Positions 1-9,336 are shown, numbered from the stretch's first letter. The stretch is 37,063 bases of DNA from Hadesarchaea archaeon (GCA_021163965.1 JAGGTB010000053.1:1-37063), one strand, 5' to 3'. Program-made: numbers and translations. The notes: generated from the sequence alone by a model not told the origin.

Positions 1-44
1 GTTAAATTTAGTTAGATTTTTATTGTAAGAATTTGTTAACTTTT
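1..44 (+). promoter_or_regulatory. AT-rich imperfect direct repeats upstream of the HTH gene; possible operator/promoter
   Basis: GTTAAATTTA (1), GTTAGATTTT (11), GTAAGAATTT (25), GTTAACTTTT (35); spacing 10/14/10 bp; truncated by the window edge. Confidence 0.4.
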
Positions 45-55
45 CCGGGATTTGG

Positions 56-790
56 GTGGAAAAACGGACGGATGAAAAACTCTACAGAATGAAAGAAGCG
101 TGCGCCATCCTCGGAGTTCATCCCAACACCATCAGATTGTGGGAGAAAAGGGGGAAAATCAGGATAGTGAGATCCCAAGGCGGACACAGAAGGATCCCGA
201 AAAGCGAAATAGAGCGCCTCCTGGGAACCAAATCCACCGCTTTCAGTCCCCCAAAGGCAGAAAAAAGCGCGGATTTTCCCGCTTTTCTAACTTACGTGTT
301 CTCCTATCACCCCGATGACTGGGAACTCGTGAGAAAAGCCATACTCATTAGGGACAATTACGCGTGTAGGAGGTGCGGAAGCGGGGAATCGGTAGACGTC
401 TACCGCAAGGAGGAGGCGGGACCCAACAGCCCGGAGAACCTGATCACCCTCTGCCGGAGATGTCGCGGCATTGAAAGGGGCCCCGAGAAGGTTAGGCGGG
501 AGCAAAAAGTTAGGCCGAAGCCTACCCCAAAGAAGCCGTCACCGCCGAAGGAACTCCCGCGACACGAAATCTTGGACAACCTTAAGCCGGAAGGACTGGC
601 GCAGCGCGCTGCTTTTGGAGATTTGCTCTCTGCGGCGGTCGTTCTCGAAAATTTCACCCCCGAGGATCTCGCATTTCGAGCTAGGTGCCCAGAAAATCTC
701 GCTAAGCTATTTTGCGAGAGGATGAGGGCCAATAACTACGTAATCAGCAAAAATGGCTCATTTAAGCTGAACGTGAGGCTGATTAGGTGA
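56..790 (+). CDS. MerR/excisionase-type HTH + degenerate HNH Zn-finger + C-terminal winged-helix protein
   Basis: N-terminal YRMKEACAILGVHPNTIRLWEKRGKI..GGHRRIP (IS607 TnpA/BldC-like HTH); central W..VRKAILIRDNYACRRCG...ENLITLCRRC (HNH-like); Pro/Lys linker; wHTH-like tail; GTG start. Confidence 0.8.
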   Translation: MEKRTDEKLYRMKEACAILGVHPNTIRLWEKRGKIRIVRSQGGHRRIPKSEIERLLGTKSTAFSPPKAEKSADFPAFLTYVFSYHPDDWELVRKAILIRDNYACRRCGSGESVDVYRKEEAGPNSPENLITLCRRCRGIERGPEKVRREQKVRPKPTPKKPSPPKELPRHEILDNLKPEGLAQRAAFGDLLSAAVVLENFTPEDLAFRARCPENLAKLFCERMRANNYVISKNGSFKLNVRLIR

Positions 791-1665
791 CTTTGTTCGA
801 GGAGAAACTTGGACGCGACAGGCGCCTCGAGGACTACTTCCGGCGCTGGGGGCTGGAGGAAGACCCCTTCAGGCCCGAATTGTCCTCCGCTGAAGCCTTC
901 GCTCCCTTTCAAGAAGCTGACCTCCGCAAGCTCAAGTGCGCGCTTTCCGATGGGAAGGTCTGCGTCCTCACGGGGGGGCTAGGAACGGGGAAGACCACCG
1001 TCTGCGAATTCCTGATCTCATCCCTGAGGGAGGAGAGCCTTACCTCTCCCGATCCGTCGAAGCAAGTCGTCGGCGTGTTCATCCGAGGGGCGACGTGCAA
1101 GTCCGCCGACGAACTCCTCCGCTCCATAATCCTGGGGCTGGAGATGAACCCGGACAAAGACCGAGCAAGCCTGTTCGATATCCTGCACAGGTGGCCCCAG
1201 GAGCACAGAGAGCGTTTGGCGATAGTTATCGATGATGTCTCCGAGAGTGGAGCCGATATGCGCGAAATGGGGGAATTTCTCCGAGTTCTTGCCGATATCC
1301 CCGGAATTTCCCTTTTACTCAACGGGACTCCGGAGCAAATGGGGCGGTTCCTGAACGCCGTGCCGCCCCTGAAGGATAGGGTGCAGGTGACCGTGGAGCT
1401 GAAACCAATGGGGAGGGAGCAAATCGAGGAGCTGATTAGGCTTAGGCTCAGAAGCTCCGGTTGCGACGGGTGGAACGAAATCGTCACCGCGGACGGGTTG
1501 AAGGAGATCTACAAAATTTCTCGGGGGATTCCGAGGCGAGCCCTGAAAGCCGCGAGCAACGCCCTGTACCTCGCCGCGAGGCAGGACAAACCGATCGACG
1601 CGCACATAGCGAGAAGAGCCAACAGGCCACCACTTTTGAGACGTATCCTCCCTTTCCTCAAGTGA
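787..1665 (+). CDS. AAA+ ATPase, ExeA/TnsC-like (AAA_22 type)
   Basis: N-terminal WGLEEDPF, Walker A GGLGTGKTT, Walker B IVIDD, LKDRV (arginine-finger position), SRGIPRR (sensor 2); GTGA overlap with the upstream gene. Confidence 0.85.
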   Translation: MTLFEEKLGRDRRLEDYFRRWGLEEDPFRPELSSAEAFAPFQEADLRKLKCALSDGKVCVLTGGLGTGKTTVCEFLISSLREESLTSPDPSKQVVGVFIRGATCKSADELLRSIILGLEMNPDKDRASLFDILHRWPQEHRERLAIVIDDVSESGADMREMGEFLRVLADIPGISLLLNGTPEQMGRFLNAVPPLKDRVQVTVELKPMGREQIEELIRLRLRSSGCDGWNEIVTADGLKEIYKISRGIPRRALKAASNALYLAARQDKPIDAHIARRANRPPLLRRILPFLK

Positions 1666-1751
1666 TCCCACACCCACCAAGATATCTTTACTTGTTTCCA
1701 TAATTTGGAAACATTTAAAAACCGTTCAAAAATATTCGTATAGGTGGAAAA

Positions 1752-2198
1752 ATGGTAAAAAATCCGAATCCCGAAACGGGAAAAACGCAAAATCAAGGAG
1801 AAGAAGAGCTCCTTCACGCGGAAAAATGGATTAGTGAAAATTTATTTGCAAAAGCGTTGCTAAAACGATCGCATTTGAATGAAAAGACCCTCAAAGCTTT
1901 GTTATTTCACTCCTGGAGCGAGAACGCGACTTTTGAGGAAATCGCAAAGATGCTTCGCATGCAGCGCCCCGGAGCTTGGAAGCGCTGGCGAAGGGGATAC
2001 GACGCAATAGTGCGCTCCTTCTTCACAATAGAGTTAGCCATTTACGCTGGCGTCCTCGACGTCGAGACGGCGGAGTTCCTCGTAGACGATCTAGTGGACT
2101 ACATCGGACTGGCGCGCGGTAGGGAAGACCTCGACGAACTGCGGTCCCGCATCGAAAAAAGGATCGTGATGATGAAAAAGCGCGGCATTATTGACTAG
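1752..2198 (+). CDS. hypothetical HTH (Tfx-like) DNA-binding protein
   Basis: TFEEIAKMLRMQRPGAWKRWRRGYDAIVRSFFTIELAIY resembles a sigma4/Tfx-type HTH plus C-terminal helix; SD AGGTGG; lies next to alba. Confidence 0.65.
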   Translation: MVKNPNPETGKTQNQGEEELLHAEKWISENLFAKALLKRSHLNEKTLKALLFHSWSENATFEEIAKMLRMQRPGAWKRWRRGYDAIVRSFFTIELAIYAGVLDVETAEFLVDDLVDYIGLARGREDLDELRSRIEKRIVMMKKRGIID

Positions 2199-2391
2199 CA
2201 AGGAAGATCCATACGCAGGCGCGCGCACGTGGAAGAAAGGCGAACAAATGCACATTGGCCCGGTCCATGCCCCGGGTTGGGCCTAACACCCCAAACCCCG
2301 AGCAGGACTAGAACGTTTTCTATCGAAAGATATTTATCCACTGGAAAATCAAGGAGGAACGTGCACCAAAAAACAAAGGAGGCAGAGATGC

Positions 2392-2724
2392 ATGGCTGAA
2401 GAGAAGGAGAAAGTTGTCGCAGAGAAAGCCCCCGAGAAACCGGCCGCGAAGAGTCAAGAAAACGTCGTCTTCATCGGAAACAAGCCGGTGATGAACTACG
2501 TCCTAGCAGTGATCACGCAGTTCAACGAGGGAGCCGATGAGGTCGTCCTAAAGGCCCGTGGAAGGGCGATCAGCAGAGCCGTGGACGCGGCCGAGATCGT
2601 TAGAAACCGGTTTCTCCAGGGGGTAGAAGTTAGGAACATACAGATAGGAACTGAGGAGGTAACCGGAGATAGCGGAACCTCCAACATCTCGACGATAGAG
2701 ATATCGCTCGGAAAGGGCAGTTAA
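2392..2724 (+). CDS. albA: DNA/RNA-binding protein Alba
   Basis: [14 protein letters not shown]...[22 protein letters not shown]...STIEI signature; SD GGAGG. Confidence 0.97.
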   Translation: MAEEKEKVVAEKAPEKPAAKSQENVVFIGNKPVMNYVLAVITQFNEGADEVVLKARGRAISRAVDAAEIVRNRFLQGVEVRNIQIGTEEVTGDSGTSNISTIEISLGKGS

Positions 2725-2748
2725 GCGGCACAAAGCCCTTCCGACACC

Positions 2749-2765
2749 TTTTTTATTTTTGTTTT
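2749..2765 (+). terminator. oligo-T archaeal terminator after albA
   Basis: TTTTTTATTTTTGTTTT about 25 nt after the stop codon. Confidence 0.5.
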
Positions 2766-2791
2766 CCCATTCCTTCTTGGAGGAAGCTCAC

Positions 2792-3292
2792 ATGAAAATG
2801 CCGATATGCGACTCATGCCTGAGAGGAGGTCCCCTATGCCAGAAATGCGGCAAGAAACTTAAGGAAGGCAAAATATCGGAACTCGACGTGGAAGTCTCCC
2901 GAGCGCTATACGAACTCGCGAGGGAATACCGCGAACTTGAGGGTATAGAACTCGAGCGAGCGCTGAGAGAGAGGGGACTCACCGCCTTGGTCGTAAGGGG
3001 GAGCACTCGCATAGCGGATGAAAAAGATGAGATAATCCGGAAACTTGGAGAACGACTCAACACGAGAGTCAGGTTGGCCGAAAGCGGCGAGGAAATCCGC
3101 AAGCTGGCGCAGGACATTTTGGCTCCGGCCAGGGTCAACGGGGTTAACATTCTGTTCAAGAAAGGGGGAGGAGAGGAATACCGCGTGCGAATCAAGAGAA
3201 CCGACCTGATGCTCCTGCCCTCCGGAATCGACACATTGCAGAAGATTATGGGCGAAGTAACCAGTAAAGACATTAAGTTCGTCTTCGAGTAG
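2792..3292 (+). CDS. archaeal NusA-like protein with N-terminal Zn finger
   Basis: MKMPICDSC..LCQKC..KLKEGKISELDVEVSRAL, ILAPARVNGVNILF; ATG 2792 with SD GGAGG. Confidence 0.8.
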   Translation: MKMPICDSCLRGGPLCQKCGKKLKEGKISELDVEVSRALYELAREYRELEGIELERALRERGLTALVVRGSTRIADEKDEIIRKLGERLNTRVRLAESGEEIRKLAQDILAPARVNGVNILFKKGGGEEYRVRIKRTDLMLLPSGIDTLQKIMGEVTSKDIKFVFE

Positions 3293-3300
3293 GAATTTGT

Positions 3301-4617
3301 ATGCAACTCGACGACCTCGGCGAATGGCGGCGGACCCATCTCTCCTGCGAGGTCAAGGCCGAACTGGCAGGCGAGGAAGTCATCGTGATGGGAAATGTCA
3401 CAGACATCCGGGACTTGGGTGGAATTAAATTCTTCCTTTTGAGGGACATCGGGGGGACCGTGCAAATCACCGCGCCCAAGTCCAGCGTCAGTGCAAACGT
3501 CCTCGAAAAGATAGACTCCCTCACCAGAGAATCCGTCGTCGCAGTAAGGGGAAAAATCACCACGGCAAAGCAGGCCCCCAGAGGTGTAGAGATCGTGCCG
3601 CTGGAGATCAAGATACTAAACCTGGCCAAGACCCCCCTGCCGCTAGACCCCATGGGAAGGGTCAAAGCCGACTTGGATACGAGGCTCGACGCTCGCTCCT
3701 TGGACCTCCGCCGACCCAAGCCCGCGGCGATATTCAAGATCCGCCACCACGCGCTCCAGAGCGCGCGCGAGTTCTTGCTCTCAAGGGGATTTATGGAGGT
3801 CAACACGCCAAAGATCGTGGCATCCGCGACGGAGAGCGGAGCGGCTCTCTTCCCGATTTCCTACTTCGAGCGCGAGGCATTCCTGAGCCAAAGCCCTCAA
3901 CTTTACAAGGAAGTGCTCACGGGGTGCTTCGAGCGCGTTTTCGAGGTGGGACCGATTTTCCGCGCCGAAGAACACGATACCTCCCGCCACCTCAATGAGG
4001 CGATTTCGATCGACATCGAGATGGCGTTCGCGACTGCCGAGGATGTGATGTGCACCCTCGAGGACCTGATCGTGCGGGTATTCTCGGAAGTCAAGCGAAG
4101 ATGCGCCGAGGAGCTGAAAATCCTCGAGCATGAGCTGGAGGTCCCGAAGAAGCCCTTCCCCCGCCTGACATACGACGAGGCCCTCGAGGAACTGGAGAAA
4201 AGGGGCGTGAAAGTTCCTTGGGGGAAAGACCTCCCGACGCCAGCTGAACGAAAGCTGGGTGAGATAATCGGAGGAGCCTACTTTGTGATCGACTGGCCGA
4301 CGGAAATCAAACCGTTCTACATTCACCCGAAAAAAGAAAACCCGAAGTTGTGCGAGGCATTCGACCTGATGTTTGAGGGCCTGGAGCTGGCCTCGGGAGG
4401 CACGCGCATTCATCGGGAAGAGCTACTCGTAAAACAACTGAAGCAGAAGGGGCTCAATCCCAGGAACTTCGAATCTCACCTTAAGAACATGATAGCAGTT
4501 CCCCCTCACGCGGGTTGGGGACTCGGGCTGGACCGCTTAACGATGGCGCTCACGGGGGCCGACAACATCCGGGAGGTGGTTCTCTTTCCGCGGGATAGGA
4601 GAAGGCTCACGCCGTGA
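3301..4617 (+). CDS. aspS: aspartate--tRNA ligase, archaeal type, probably non-discriminating
   Basis: RDLGG OB fold, LSQSPQLYKE, motif 2 FRAEEHDTSRHLNE, motif 3 PPHAGWGLGLDR, LFPRDRRRLTP; Pro in the L1 loop (QAPRGVE). Confidence 0.96.
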   Translation: MQLDDLGEWRRTHLSCEVKAELAGEEVIVMGNVTDIRDLGGIKFFLLRDIGGTVQITAPKSSVSANVLEKIDSLTRESVVAVRGKITTAKQAPRGVEIVPLEIKILNLAKTPLPLDPMGRVKADLDTRLDARSLDLRRPKPAAIFKIRHHALQSAREFLLSRGFMEVNTPKIVASATESGAALFPISYFEREAFLSQSPQLYKEVLTGCFERVFEVGPIFRAEEHDTSRHLNEAISIDIEMAFATAEDVMCTLEDLIVRVFSEVKRRCAEELKILEHELEVPKKPFPRLTYDEALEELEKRGVKVPWGKDLPTPAERKLGEIIGGAYFVIDWPTEIKPFYIHPKKENPKLCEAFDLMFEGLELASGGTRIHREELLVKQLKQKGLNPRNFESHLKNMIAVPPHAGWGLGLDRLTMALTGADNIREVVLFPRDRRRLTP

Positions 4618-4666
4618 ACCGCCCGAAACTTTAGTTAGAATCCAGGTGGAATTGCAACCGGAGCTG

Positions 4667-5854
4667 TTACAGGAGCCCTCTGAGCTTCCACAGCAACTTC
4701 GGATTCGCCTTCACCAGAACCTTGAGCATATCAGTCAAACTTATCCTATCAAACTTCACGCCTCGAAGCACCTCCGCCAGCTTGTCCAATTCCCCATCGG
4801 ATAGGCCCAGAAGTATCTCCTTAGCCTTGAGATACCTCGTCAACCTCTTTCCCATGGCCTCTTTCCAGCGCCTCTCGTATTCCTTTAACCTCTCCTTCGA
4901 GGTGTCCCCCTCTTCGACCGCCTTAGCTGCGACCTCTCCGGCGATCGTGCCAGCGCGCATAGCCGAGTCTATCCCTCCCCCAGTTAGGGGGTTGACCTGC
5001 CGGGCAGCATCCCCAACGACCATAAGGCTGTCCCCTACCGTCTCTTCAATGGGGCCGCAGACCGGGACCCCTCCGACATTCACCTCCACGATCTTCCCCT
5101 TCGAGAGCCCCGGCATCCGTGAGACGAAATCCCTGAGGTACTCGATCGGCCTCCTTTCGGCGCGACTTCCCAGAACTCCAAGTCCAACGTTTGCCAAATC
5201 GTCTCCTTTCGGGAAGACCCACGCATACCCCCCAGGGCTTATCCTACTTCCGAGGTAGAACTCCAGCATCGAGAGCGACTCGAAGTCCACGCCGACCATC
5301 TGGAACTGCGCACAGGTCTCTATATCGTCGAACCTCAGCGCGGTATTCAGCCCAGCCCACCTAGCCACGCGGGAACCTACCCCGTCAGCGGCGATGACGA
5401 CGTCCGCAGCGACCTCGAACTTCCCGTCCAGCCCGACTCCCCTTATTCCCCCGATCCTGCCGTTCTTGAAAACCAGCCCGTTAACGTAGGAGCCGATCAT
5501 CGCTTCAGCGCCGGCCTTTACCGCTCTCACCGCCAAAAACTTATCGAATACCTTTCGGTTGAGGACGTACCCCACCTTCCCAGTAACTTTTTTCTCCGAG
5601 ATGCGGATCTCTATCCCCGATGGAGAGACTATTTTGACAGCATTTGTGCGATTCACCGCCCATCTTCTGTCGGGTTTAATTCCGAGTTCGTTTAGGATAT
5701 CCTCCGCGATGGCTTCTCCGCATTGGACTGGGACCCCTAACTCCCGCCGCCGATCGACCATTAAAACTCTGGCGCCGTTTTTGGCCGCGGAATATGCCGC
5801 AGTCGAGCCAGCGGGACCCGCCCCCACCACCACTACGTCGTATTTATCTTCCAT
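4667..5854 (-). CDS. digeranylgeranylglycerophospholipid (geranylgeranyl) reductase
   Basis: YDVVVVGAGPAGS, PVQCGE, PGGYAWVFPKG, GDAARQVNPLTGGGI; start reassigned to ATG 5854 (MEDKYDV). Confidence 0.93.
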   Translation of the reverse strand: MEDKYDVVVVGAGPAGSTAAYSAAKNGARVLMVDRRRELGVPVQCGEAIAEDILNELGIKPDRRWAVNRTNAVKIVSPSGIEIRISEKKVTGKVGYVLNRKVFDKFLAVRAVKAGAEAMIGSYVNGLVFKNGRIGGIRGVGLDGKFEVAADVVIAADGVGSRVARWAGLNTALRFDDIETCAQFQMVGVDFESLSMLEFYLGSRISPGGYAWVFPKGDDLANVGLGVLGSRAERRPIEYLRDFVSRMPGLSKGKIVEVNVGGVPVCGPIEETVGDSLMVVGDAARQVNPLTGGGIDSAMRAGTIAGEVAAKAVEEGDTSKERLKEYERRWKEAMGKRLTRYLKAKEILLGLSDGELDKLAEVLRGVKFDRISLTDMLKVLVKANPKLLWKLRGLL

Positions 5855-6012
5855 CACTTTATCGCCCCGACCGGACAAATTTTCCGGCACGCGCCGCAAT
5901 CCGTGCATCGCTCATTGGGCCTCACGTAGCTGTCTGTGGCCTCTATCGCATCGACGGGGCAGATGCTTACGCAAGCGCCGCACCTCAGGCAGAGACTTGA
6001 GTCGACTTCCAT
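5854..6012 (-). CDS. 2x[4Fe-4S] ferredoxin, 52 aa (absent from the ORF track)
   Basis: MEVDSSLCLRCGACVSICPVDAIEATDSYVRPNERCTDCGACRKICPVGAIK; two CxxCxxCxxxCP motifs; TGATG overlap with the reductase start. Confidence 0.93.
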   Translation of the reverse strand: MEVDSSLCLRCGACVSICPVDAIEATDSYVRPNERCTDCGACRKICPVGAIK

Positions 6013-6135
6013 TCGAAGACCAATTAGTAGCTAATACCTACCCTTTAATATAAAATTGAGGAATTGTGGTGGTCTGTGCGATTGAAATTTTCCGGCTTTA
6101 AATGAGCTTCAATCAAAAACCATAGTGGGGGAGAG

Positions 6136-6474
6136 GTGAGACCCAAAGGCGGACTCGCGGTCTCAGATGTAATCCGATCGATGATGCGCTGCGGCTTTGA
6201 CCGGGACGAAATATACGACGTTCTAGTTGGGATAGGATTGCCCGGAGAACAGGTTCACCTCTTGATCGATCGTGTCTCCGCCGAACTAGAGGAAATGGAA
6301 CTTGAGCCAAGACCCTCTAAGTTGGAGAAAACCCTGCAGAAGACGCTGGAGGAAGCGCTGGCGAGAATAAAAATTGAACTGTTCGCGGAACTTGCTCCAG
6401 TCGTGCGGAAAATAAATGATATTGCAGAGATGCTCGAAAGTCTTGAGTCCCGGGAAACTAAGAAAAAAGCCTGA
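6136..6474 (+). CDS. hypothetical protein with C-terminal coiled coil
   Basis: 112-aa ORF, GTG start after GGGGGAGA, protein-like composition. Confidence 0.7.
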   Translation: MRPKGGLAVSDVIRSMMRCGFDRDEIYDVLVGIGLPGEQVHLLIDRVSAELEEMELEPRPSKLEKTLQKTLEEALARIKIELFAELAPVVRKINDIAEMLESLESRETKKKA

Positions 6475-6489
6475 GCTAAACCTTTGAAT

Positions 6490-8715
6490 TTACCCATGTT
6501 GTACGTGAAAAAGACTAAGGCTTACGACCACCAACCTGAAGTCGAACTTCTTCTCCGGAAGCTCACAACGATACGCCAAGGGCTTGTGAGCCGCCCGCAG
6601 GGGAGAATCCCCGTCCTCGGGCATCGGCCTGACGAGGGTTGGGTTCTCGTAGTCGAAGATCTCCTCGAGAGGATTATCCCTCAGCTCCAAGGTGACGTTC
6701 CACTGGGCCCAGTAGATAGTCGTCCCGATGAACCAGAGGTAAATGGGAGTCGGAAGGGATGGGGCGAATCGGCCGACGGGATCCTCACGCTCGTACCTGA
6801 TGTCGGCGACCTCGAACTCGTGAAAAACGGATATACCGGGATCTGACCTTATGGGCTCCGGAGGCGCCAGCTCGTAGGCCTGCTCGCGATCGAATGTGCT
6901 CGGAAGCACAAAACTCTGCTCCATGGCGTCGAGGAGGTCGCCATCAATATCCCATTTTGTGAGGTCGCCTTGAAGCGAATCAAAAGCTTCCGCGAGATCC
7001 TCCAACCTATCCAAATTCGTCAAGACTTCCTCTAAAACTAACTTGAGACCTCCAATTGTCGGCTCGCCCCCCTCAATCAAGTACCCTCGAACTGTTTTGG
7101 TAACCGGATCGGCATTTGGGTCCTTCCCAGGGTCAGGATATTCTACATAGGTCTCGAACCAGTTCGGTTCTGGACGCTCTAAAAGAGTTTCCAACTCGCT
7201 AGATACTCGGGAGAAGGTTGGCCGAAAGTTATCCTCAGCGTCGCCGATGAAATTTTCGAACTCCTCGATCGCCTTGTGAACTCGCTCGCGGGCATCCCCC
7301 AAGATCCTCTCAATCTCGCTAAGATTGTCCTCAGCGCTAGCAAGACGTTTCTCCAGTTCTCCCGGGAAAATCGAACTGATCTCCGAAGGCACGTGGAGCC
7401 CGGGCTCACAGGCGCACAACTCAAACTTGATGTCGTCCAAAGCACGCTCCACGCCAGAAAACGCGCGCAAAATCTGCTTAGCCAGAGCCCCATCGCCACT
7501 CGTGAAATTGTTGTAGAGCTGAGCCATCAGGGAGTCATCAGAGGCGATTTCCTCTAAGAGTTCCAGAACCTGCCGGAAATTTTCCTCTGCACGCTGCACG
7601 TGAAGCTTCCCTCCCTCCAAGCCAGATAGAACGCCCTCAAGACGCGACAGCGGGGTGGAATAAGCTAGTCTGAAATCCTCGCATAGTTCTCCGAACCTTT
7701 CCCTAACTCTCTCCACATTGGATTCCTCAACGAAGGAGAGGATGTCCTCCAACCCCCCATCGACTTTTACCCTCAAATCCCCCAGATCGAGGTCCACAAT
7801 GTCCTCCACCGCGGATTGTACTTCGGCAAGCTCGCGCTCGGCTCCCTCGAGTTCCTCCAGAACGTCTTCCACCCTCTTGGCCACCTCGCCGATGTGCGAT
7901 GTGTTCAAGGGGTTACCCACGACCACCGAGCTGTATCCCCAAGGAATTTGCTGCACGTCGCCGATTTCACATAGACTAAGAGCCGTGGCAAGATAGTCCG
8001 AAGATCCGAAGGTTGAAAGCTCCTGGGAGGCCCACGCGAGTTGGAACAACGCCTGGGACTTAAACTTGCTCAAAGTCACTTGTCTCCCCACTAGAGCTTC
8101 GGCATATGCCGCCATGTACTCCGCGTATTTCCACTTGTCCTCGATGCTATCCAAGTCTCCCGCGAACCCCTCCAAGAGATCCTCGAGTAAATAGTAACGA
8201 GAGTCAATTATTATCTCGAAGTTCTCATACGTCAACCTGAACCCCAGACTGTTATCCGGGGCGTTAGCCTCAATGACGCACCCGGGGATCGAGACGAGGG
8301 CAACGACGTAGCCGTTCTCCCAAGGGGAGATGTCCACGGATGCCGACTCCTGCCCCATTTCCAACCTTACATCGAGGCCGAAACTTCCGTTCCAAGGATC
8401 CAAGGAGGACAAAAACTCGTTGAGGTTTTTACTAGCTATCCTCTCAATCGCCAGCTCCCGGTCTTCCCTCCCCCGATAACCGCTCGCGTTCTTGCTCACC
8501 TTCCAAAGAGCATCGTAAACGGAGTAGCGCGCGGCCTGCCTGAGCGCACTCTGAACGCTCCCGGCCTCGCTCAAGAGCAAGCTCTCTACCATATCGTCCG
8601 CGCTCTCCATCTTGACCCTGTGCTCATCCCACGAGAAATGCTCGATGAGCGCCGCCGTTAAGATGATGAGAAAAACTCCAACGACCGTAAACGCCGCGTA
8701 TCCCCTCTCGTTCAT
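6490..8715 (-). CDS. large prepilin-like surface protein with acidic coiled-coil central region
   Basis: MNERG/YAAFTVVGVFLIIL class III-like signal peptide; heptad-rich middle; last gene of a tightly coupled operon. Confidence 0.75.
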   Translation of the reverse strand: MNERGYAAFTVVGVFLIILTAALIEHFSWDEHRVKMESADDMVESLLLSEAGSVQSALRQAARYSVYDALWKVSKNASGYRGREDRELAIERIASKNLNEFLSSLDPWNGSFGLDVRLEMGQESASVDISPWENGYVVALVSIPGCVIEANAPDNSLGFRLTYENFEIIIDSRYYLLEDLLEGFAGDLDSIEDKWKYAEYMAAYAEALVGRQVTLSKFKSQALFQLAWASQELSTFGSSDYLATALSLCEIGDVQQIPWGYSSVVVGNPLNTSHIGEVAKRVEDVLEELEGAERELAEVQSAVEDIVDLDLGDLRVKVDGGLEDILSFVEESNVERVRERFGELCEDFRLAYSTPLSRLEGVLSGLEGGKLHVQRAEENFRQVLELLEEIASDDSLMAQLYNNFTSGDGALAKQILRAFSGVERALDDIKFELCACEPGLHVPSEISSIFPGELEKRLASAEDNLSEIERILGDARERVHKAIEEFENFIGDAEDNFRPTFSRVSSELETLLERPEPNWFETYVEYPDPGKDPNADPVTKTVRGYLIEGGEPTIGGLKLVLEEVLTNLDRLEDLAEAFDSLQGDLTKWDIDGDLLDAMEQSFVLPSTFDREQAYELAPPEPIRSDPGISVFHEFEVADIRYEREDPVGRFAPSLPTPIYLWFIGTTIYWAQWNVTLELRDNPLEEIFDYENPTLVRPMPEDGDSPLRAAHKPLAYRCELPEKKFDFRLVVVSLSLFHVQHG

Positions 8716-9335
8716 TTAGACCACAACTCCAAAGTCATCACGAGCACCAATCGAGACCTGGAAGCCTTGAGGTCCCACTCCCGAGCACCCGTGAGCACCG
8801 GTGGAAGGGGCCAAGAGACGCTCTCCGAACACAACTTCTCAGGCCCCCGATCGCTCTCGACCACGAGCTCGAAGTTGGTGACCTCCCCGGAGCGCTCTAC
8901 GGGGGCGATCTCCGCTACGAACCTGTAGCCAAATCTTCCCCCGACGAGCTCATCGAGTGCACGCTTTAGAAAATCCCGAACTTTCCCATCGAATTCGGGA
9001 TTAGAGCTGAGAATTGGCCCATTCCCCCTTGGCCCCGGCCGAGGGTTCAGGATAGCGTCCTCCGCGATGAGCTGAACAAAGGTCTTGCGTTTCAGAACGA
9101 ACTCAGACTTCCAGATGGTCTCAATGCTCGGGTGAAACGAAAACTCACCAATTTCCCCGACGGTCCCCCACTGAAGGGAAACTAAGGCTCTCCTAGCGAC
9201 GCTCGTAGCATAGCGTTGTGAGAGCCAGTCGGAGTCGTGGAAACTCATCGAAATCAGTGCGGAACTTCCGAGCGCCACCATAGAGGCAAACAAGAGCAGG
9301 TCTAGAGTTTGACCTACGCCCCCGTTTTCTTTCAT
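8712..9335 (-). CDS. prepilin-like protein
   Basis: MKENGG/VGQTLDLLLFASMVAL; C-terminal beta strand MTLELWSK; ATGA overlap with the next gene. Confidence 0.7.
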   Translation of the reverse strand: MKENGGVGQTLDLLLFASMVALGSSALISMSFHDSDWLSQRYATSVARRALVSLQWGTVGEIGEFSFHPSIETIWKSEFVLKRKTFVQLIAEDAILNPRPGPRGNGPILSSNPEFDGKVRDFLKRALDELVGGRFGYRFVAEIAPVERSGEVTNFELVVESDRGPEKLCSESVSWPLPPVLTGAREWDLKASRSRLVLVMTLELWSK

Positions 9336-9336
9336 T

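Noticed and set aside
2257-2283. GU-rich hairpin upstream of the alba promoter
   Set aside because: Isolated stem with several G-U pairs and no other RNA features.
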